A stretch of 20,000 nucleotides of DNA from an uncultured virus (IMG/VR IMGVR_UViG_3300046471_000063) (taxonomy: Duplodnaviria > Heunggongvirae > Uroviricota > Caudoviricetes). The translations under genes and the position numbers were made by a program. Of this stretch, positions 16,281-20,000 are shown one piece after another (positions within the stretch are counted from its first letter, which is position 1; the number at the start of each line of letters is the position of its first letter). The notes beneath the pieces were generated by a model. The model was not told where the DNA came from. It saw only the letters and a program-made list of their open reading frames with translations, and searched no databases. The stretch lies in the IMG/VR virus record IMGVR_UViG_3300046471_000063; one strand, given 5' to 3'.

Positions 16281-16328
16281 AGCATGGGGTGCTAGGGGTC
16301 GAGTGTTCGAATCACTCCGTCCCGACCA
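16281..16328 (+). other. att core: 3' half of tRNA-Pro(GGG), not a complete tRNA
   Basis: AGC-ATGGGGT-GCTAG anticodon arm remnant, T-arm GAGTG-TTCGAAT-CACTC, acceptor strand and CCA. The D-arm and 5' acceptor strand are absent. Confidence 0.88.
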
Positions 16329-16336
16329 TATTTTGT

Positions 16337-16374
16337 AAAGGGAATCAGCCACTTACAGGTTTGATTCCCTTTTT
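16337..16374 (+). terminator. Hairpin after the tRNA fragment with an embedded IHF site
   Basis: AAAGGGAATCA 16337-16347 / TGATTCCCTTT 16362-16372 perfect 11-bp inverted repeat. AATCAGCCACTTA 16343-16355 matches the IHF consensus. Confidence 0.65.
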
Positions 16375-16386
16375 CATTTCTGGTCG

Positions 16387-16417
16387 GCGCAAAACCCGCG
16401 CAAAACTGGCGCAAAAC
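16387..16417 (+). repeat. Three direct repeats GCGCAAAAC (11-bp period), putative integrase arm-type sites
   Basis: Exact copies at 16387-16395, 16398-16406 and 16409-16417; a fourth exact copy at 16157-16165. Confidence 0.8.
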
Positions 16418-17532
16418 TATCCGGCGATTTCGCTGATATCCAGGTCGGGTACCGCCTCTGACCAGACCACTTCCGCGTGATCCTTCTGGTAGTTTTTGGT
16501 CATCTCTTCGCTGGCATGACCAGCAATCTTTTGCCCATCCTTCCCGGCTTTCTTGTACAGGTGCAGTGACAGTGCTCTGACTTCATGGAAGCCCGGCATC
16601 TCTTCTTCCTTCCATCCCTTGTAACAATCCGCTGCCTCCCGCGCTTCCTTGAAAGCCCTGGTCAGATACCGTTCCTCAATTTTGGTCCAGTGCTCTTTCG
16701 TTTCAGCCTGCTTCTGTTTCTTTCGCTCCGGCCGCCGGTGAATTAGAAAAGGCGAGACGATGTTGTCTCGGCAGTGGCTGATGACCCGCTGAAGCTCAGG
16801 TGTAACCCTGAACCTGATCCATCCCATGTCCGACGCTTTCGCGGTCTTTTGCTGGACCACGTAGAGGCATCCATCCTTCACGTCCTCGAACTTCATGGAC
16901 AGAATGTCGGTGCGCCGCTGCGCGGTGATCAGCGCCAGATCGATTGCGTTCTGCAGCCAAGCGGGCGATTTCTCCCGGATGGCTTTCAGGCCTTCGACGG
17001 TGTGGCGCTTGCGGGCCTTCTTTTCGATCCGGCTGATCGTGCTCATTGCTGGGTTGTCGGGGCATAGTCCCTTCGCAGCAGCGTGGTTGAAAATATCGAT
17101 CAGCAGCGCGCGACACTGGTTCGCGGTGCGCGGCGTAACGGAATCCAGCATCTCGGCGATCATACGAATCGTGATCTGGTCTATCGCTTTTCCCTCGAAC
17201 GCCTTGCGGAAGCGGCGGAAGTGGACGGCGTAGAGGCCGAGCGTTCCCGCTGAAAGCTCACGGGGAGGCAGCACCTTTTCTTCGTACTGGGTAAGGAACG
17301 CGGTGAACAGCTCGGCAGATTCGCCCATCACAGAACCAACCAGGTCGGCGCCCTGCATGAAGGCGAGGTTCAATTGCTTGGCCGCGTCTACCGCCTTGAC
17401 CCGATCGGCTCCGAACGGAAACCATTTGCCGTCAGTCGGCCTGCGGTACCGGTAGGTCCCGCGCCGATCATCCAGGTAGAGGTTAGGCGGCAAGCCTCTG
17501 TTCGACTTATTGCGCGGCCTTGGGACCATCAT
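16417..17532 (-). CDS. int: Tyrosine recombinase phage integrase (lambda Int-like, with N-terminal arm-binding domain)
   Basis: Start at 17532 or 17529, overlapping the xis stop, with GGAG RBS. N-terminal LPPNLY..YRYRRP..GKWFPFG. Catalytic TAQRRTD (R), FHEVR (H-x-x-R), AGH, TKNY (Y). Confidence 0.95.
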   Translation of the reverse strand: MMVPRPRNKSNRGLPPNLYLDDRRGTYRYRRPTDGKWFPFGADRVKAVDAAKQLNLAFMQGADLVGSVMGESAELFTAFLTQYEEKVLPPRELSAGTLGLYAVHFRRFRKAFEGKAIDQITIRMIAEMLDSVTPRTANQCRALLIDIFNHAAAKGLCPDNPAMSTISRIEKKARKRHTVEGLKAIREKSPAWLQNAIDLALITAQRRTDILSMKFEDVKDGCLYVVQQKTAKASDMGWIRFRVTPELQRVISHCRDNIVSPFLIHRRPERKKQKQAETKEHWTKIEERYLTRAFKEAREAADCYKGWKEEEMPGFHEVRALSLHLYKKAGKDGQKIAGHASEEMTKNYQKDHAEVVWSEAVPDLDISEIAG

Positions 17533-17741
17533 GCAGCTCCTTTCAATACCATCGCTACGAGCTCGTTGCCGGCGGACTTGTTGTAGGCCGCCCAATCGAT
17601 ATACCAGAGTTTCCCGATCTGCTCGCCCGGAAGCTTGCCGTCACGGATGTAGTTGCGGATTGCCTGGGAGCAGGGTGGTGTACCGTTTTCTCCCCAGCGC
17701 CGGCGGCGGAATTCGCTGATTTTGATCAGTTCGCGCTTCAT
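17529..17741 (-). CDS. xis: Excisionase / recombination directionality factor
   Basis: 70 aa basic wHTH-like (LIKISEF, AIRNYIRDGKLPGEQIGKLWYID) directly upstream of and overlapping int; GGAGG RBS. Confidence 0.75.
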   Translation of the reverse strand: MKRELIKISEFRRRRWGENGTPPCSQAIRNYIRDGKLPGEQIGKLWYIDWAAYNKSAGNELVAMVLKGAA

Positions 17742-17763
17742 GTTGGCTACCTCCGTCCGGGGT

Positions 17764-18480
17764 CTATGCGGGGTTGAGTGGTTGCAGAGTGGCGAGATCC
17801 AGCAGCGTGAAATGGCCGCTGCCGTCCTTGAGCCATCCGCCGGTGTCGATGTGATGGACGTTGCCCAGCACTGCCGGGCGCTCGATTGGCGTATGGCCGA
17901 CGACTACGGCGCGCACGTCCGGGATTGGTCGGCAGTCCTGCTGTTCGTACCGGGAGCGGGACCACATGCAGGTGTTTTGGGTCAGGCGCAGCCGCTTGTT
18001 GTTCTCCGGCGACTCCAGTTCGCCTTTCATCTGCGCCCAGGTATCGAATACGCAGTCGGCATGCACGATGCCCACGATGCCGCCGGCGGTCTCAACCTCG
18101 ATGGCGATCGGCAGGTCCTCGAACATCACCTGGTAGTTCTGCTGTTCGGTCAGCGGCAGACCGACGAACCAGACCCCGCCGTTCTGCATCCAGTTGCCGA
18201 TATCGCAGGTGTCGAAGCGGGCAACGTAATCATCGTGGTTGCCGCGCACCGGGTGGAACCATCGCTTGTTCAGCCACTTGATCACGTCCTCGCATTCGGG
18301 GCCGCGGTCGACCAGATCGCCGACGCTGAAAAGCCGGTCTACGGCAGTGTCGAAGCCGATGGCATCCAGCGCAGCTTGCAACCTGCTGAAGTGGCCGTGG
18401 ATGTCGCCGACGGCAATGTCGCGCCCAGCGGTGTTCGCAGCGAAGCGTTTCACACGCGTCACCTCAATTGTTTCTAGCAT
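17764..18480 (-). CDS. Serine/threonine protein phosphatase (metallophosphoesterase, lambda NinI / PphA-like)
   Basis: GGAG RBS before ATG 18480. Motifs GDIHG, GDLVDRG, RGNHD, NGGVW, VHAD, GHT, IDTG. Confidence 0.92.
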   Translation of the reverse strand: MLETIEVTRVKRFAANTAGRDIAVGDIHGHFSRLQAALDAIGFDTAVDRLFSVGDLVDRGPECEDVIKWLNKRWFHPVRGNHDDYVARFDTCDIGNWMQNGGVWFVGLPLTEQQNYQVMFEDLPIAIEVETAGGIVGIVHADCVFDTWAQMKGELESPENNKRLRLTQNTCMWSRSRYEQQDCRPIPDVRAVVVGHTPIERPAVLGNVHHIDTGGWLKDGSGHFTLLDLATLQPLNPA

Positions 18481-18621
18481 TATGGCTCCCACCCGCCGTA
18501 CACCGGCAGGCATGTGGATAGATGGGGAAGGTTTTCGAACTGGCGAATGGCTGGTGCTATGCTGCGTGATCACCGCTCGGGAGCAGCGTAATTGAGAGCC
18601 TTTAGTTTTCTTCGCGACCCG

Positions 18622-18918
18622 CTATTTCTTATCGGGTTGCCGGTGCTGACGGTGGGATTGATCTACAACTACCCCGTACTCACCGGGCTTGGAATGTCCT
18701 TCGTTGCCTGCACGCTTATTGGCGAATGAACGACTGAATTCTGTCTGGCCTGGTATCCCGTACTCCGGACGACTCGATCGCATGGTCTTGATAAGTTTCT
18801 CTTGAAACTCACGCAAAGACTGTCTCACTGACTCTGGCGCGTTCATCATCCTCTCATCGATCACCTTAGAATTGATGATCAGTAAATCATCCGATCCATA
18901 TTTGGTTTCATTACTCAT
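18622..18918 (-). CDS. Hypothetical protein (98 aa)
   Basis: Strong AAGGAGG RBS; ATG overlaps the stop of the upstream 47-aa ORF; visibly more AT-rich than its neighbours. Confidence 0.65.
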   Translation of the reverse strand: MSNETKYGSDDLLIINSKVIDERMMNAPESVRQSLREFQEKLIKTMRSSRPEYGIPGQTEFSRSFANKRAGNEGHSKPGEYGVVVDQSHRQHRQPDKK

Positions 18919-19058
18919 ACCGCCTCCTTGATCCGATCACTCACTGGCGCCGGCATGTACATCCCATTGCAGCGCCACACTCCGAAGTCATCGACAGAGC
19001 ATTCAGTCCAGCGCTCGGGGTTGCCGTACTGGGGCGGGAAGTAGACGAGGTAGATCAT
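18915..19058 (-). CDS. Small hypothetical protein (47 aa, below the ORF-track cutoff)
   Basis: Hand translation MIYLVYFPPQYGNPERWTECSVDDFGVWRCNGMYMPAPVSDRIKEAV; ATGA overlaps with neighbouring genes at both ends. Confidence 0.55.
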   Translation of the reverse strand: MIYLVYFPPQYGNPERWTECSVDDFGVWRCNGMYMPAPVSDRIKEAV

Positions 19059-19447
19059 GGTCGCGCCCTCCACTTGAACGCCACCGGCTCGGGCGGAAAA
19101 AACAGGTGCCGCATGTTAGCCACGTTCACGATGTCAGCGTCTGCTGGGAATACCTCCAACGCATCGCGATCCCCACGGCCGAGCTCGCGCTTCAGCTGCA
19201 TCAGCTCGTCCCAAGTGATCTGGTCGACCCAACTGTCACCGTTGTGCAGTGCACGGCAAACGCTCATGCGCTGATAGCCGCCAGTTTCGCTGTAGACCTG
19301 GACGAGGAAGCCGCTCGAACGCCAGACCTCCGCGAGGTTGGATGCTCTGATTTCCGGCCACTGATCCTTCGGCACCTGGCGGAGGGTGCGCGGCTGCTTG
19401 CCGCTTTCTTTGGCGAGCAGTCGGCGTTGGTTGCGGTCGAGGCTCAT
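19055..19447 (-). CDS. Conserved phage hypothetical protein (DUF7694-like)
   Basis: ATG 19447 overlaps the upstream stop. Motif ITWDELMQLKRELGRGDRDALEVFP..D.VNVANMRHLF recalled from a widespread phage family. Confidence 0.75.
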   Translation of the reverse strand: MSLDRNQRRLLAKESGKQPRTLRQVPKDQWPEIRASNLAEVWRSSGFLVQVYSETGGYQRMSVCRALHNGDSWVDQITWDELMQLKRELGRGDRDALEVFPADADIVNVANMRHLFFPPEPVAFKWRARP

Positions 19448-19887
19448 GACTCGCCGCCCTTCGCGACTGGCGCAGTTTGGCCGAGGAAATCCAAAACCGA
19501 TCCGCAATGCGCAGGGGTTGGCGAGCTACCGTGCTTCAAGAGCTCTCGCGCTGCGGCGATGTCGGATTCAAGATCGTCGACGCGCTGATCGGCAATGTTC
19601 AAGCGCCGCTGGAGTGCGGCGTTCTCGGCCTGCAGGCGGTCACGCTCTTTGCAGACAATCTCGAAAACTTCCAGCTTTACTCCGTCTGGAGAGTTGTCCA
19701 TCTCGACGCCAATAGGCGGCACAGGAGAAGGGCGACGGTTCCATGCAGTTAGGGCATCGCTATCCTGCTGATGATCAGCTGCTGTGCTGCAGAAGCACTG
19801 GATGCACTGGGCAAAGTACTCGCCGTCGTACACGCGCATTTCCGCCTCGCCGTTGCAAAACGGACACGGCTTCAATTCCTGACTCAT
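19444..19887 (-). CDS. Lar-family restriction-alleviation-like zinc-finger protein with C-terminal coiled coil
   Basis: ELKPCPFCNGEA, CIQC, AWNRR, then RDRLQAENAALQRRL coiled coil. Confidence 0.8.
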   Translation of the reverse strand: MSQELKPCPFCNGEAEMRVYDGEYFAQCIQCFCSTAADHQQDSDALTAWNRRPSPVPPIGVEMDNSPDGVKLEVFEIVCKERDRLQAENAALQRRLNIADQRVDDLESDIAAARELLKHGSSPTPAHCGSVLDFLGQTAPVAKGGES

Positions 19888-20000
19888 AACCCCTCCCGCG
19901 GCGAAACAATGCCGCTCGCTTGAATGACTTCCATGCCGAGATGTCCAGCGAGTTCGATTTCGACGTTGGCGCCGCGCGACTGACGCCAGCCCGGCAGGAA
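19884..20000 (-). CDS. DUF4406-like protein, C-terminal fragment (runs off window)
   Basis: Hand translation FLPGWRQSRGANVEIELAGHLGMEVIQASGIVSPREGL*; LPGW..S.GA..E...A..LG motif; stop overlaps the Lar-like ATG. Confidence 0.75.
   Translation of the reverse strand, partial: FLPGWRQSRGANVEIELAGHLGMEVIQASGIVSPREGL

Larger units (their letters stand above)
16157..16417. mobile_element. attP-like phage attachment region (arms, IHF sites and tRNA-derived core)
   Basis: tRNA 3' fragment 16281-16328; GCGCAAAAC at 16157, 16387, 16398 and 16409; IHF consensus matches at 16252 and 16343; abuts the integrase stop. Confidence 0.85.

Noticed and set aside
16255..16328. Complete tRNA-Pro gene
   Set aside because: Only the anticodon loop to CCA is present. 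Upstream bases cannot form the D-arm or 5' acceptor strand, so it is an att core.
16387..16417. CRISPR-like or iteron array
   Set aside because: The 9-bp repeats have 2-bp spacers and sit next to the integrase and att core, which fits arm-type sites.
17533..17595. Longer integrase start given by the ORF track
   Set aside because: It lies within xis and lacks an RBS. The ATGs at 17532/17529 follow GGAG and overlap the xis stop.
17653..18477. 274-aa + strand ORF
   Set aside because: Antisense shadow of the phosphatase gene, with no motifs or RBS. Such shadows are common in GC-rich coding DNA.

Overview
About 20 kb of a temperate, lambdoid long-tailed (siphovirus-like) phage. The host is most likely Pseudomonas, inferred from the gene families and the tRNA-Pro fragment. 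The + strand (1-15297) carries the late operon: HK97-fold major capsid, head-tail joining genes, a tail tube protein with an internal duplicated Gly-rich insertion, and tail assembly chaperones joined by a lambda-type GGGAAAG -1 frameshift. These are followed by the tape measure, distal tail/hub, NlpC/P60 and TipJ-like tail tip genes, and a multidomain tailspike with an SGNH esterase domain. Next come a moron-like pair (a small lipoprotein translationally coupled to an acyltransferase-3) and a Hydrolase_2 endolysin. On the - strand lie a LexA-box-controlled coiled-coil gene and a DUF3606-like microprotein. An attP-like site follows (3' half of tRNA-Pro(GGG), IHF boxes, GCGCAAAAC arm repeats), then the leftward early operon: integrase, excisionase, NinI-like phosphatase, small hypotheticals, Lar-like and DUF4406-like genes. 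Phage genes flank the att core on both sides, so this looks like an excised or virion genome, or a tandem junction. The most interesting element is a putative polysaccharide deacetylating tailspike sitting next to a lipoprotein plus O-acetyltransferase cassette, with a strongly structured spacer between them. All family assignments come from recalled motifs and synteny; no searches were run.
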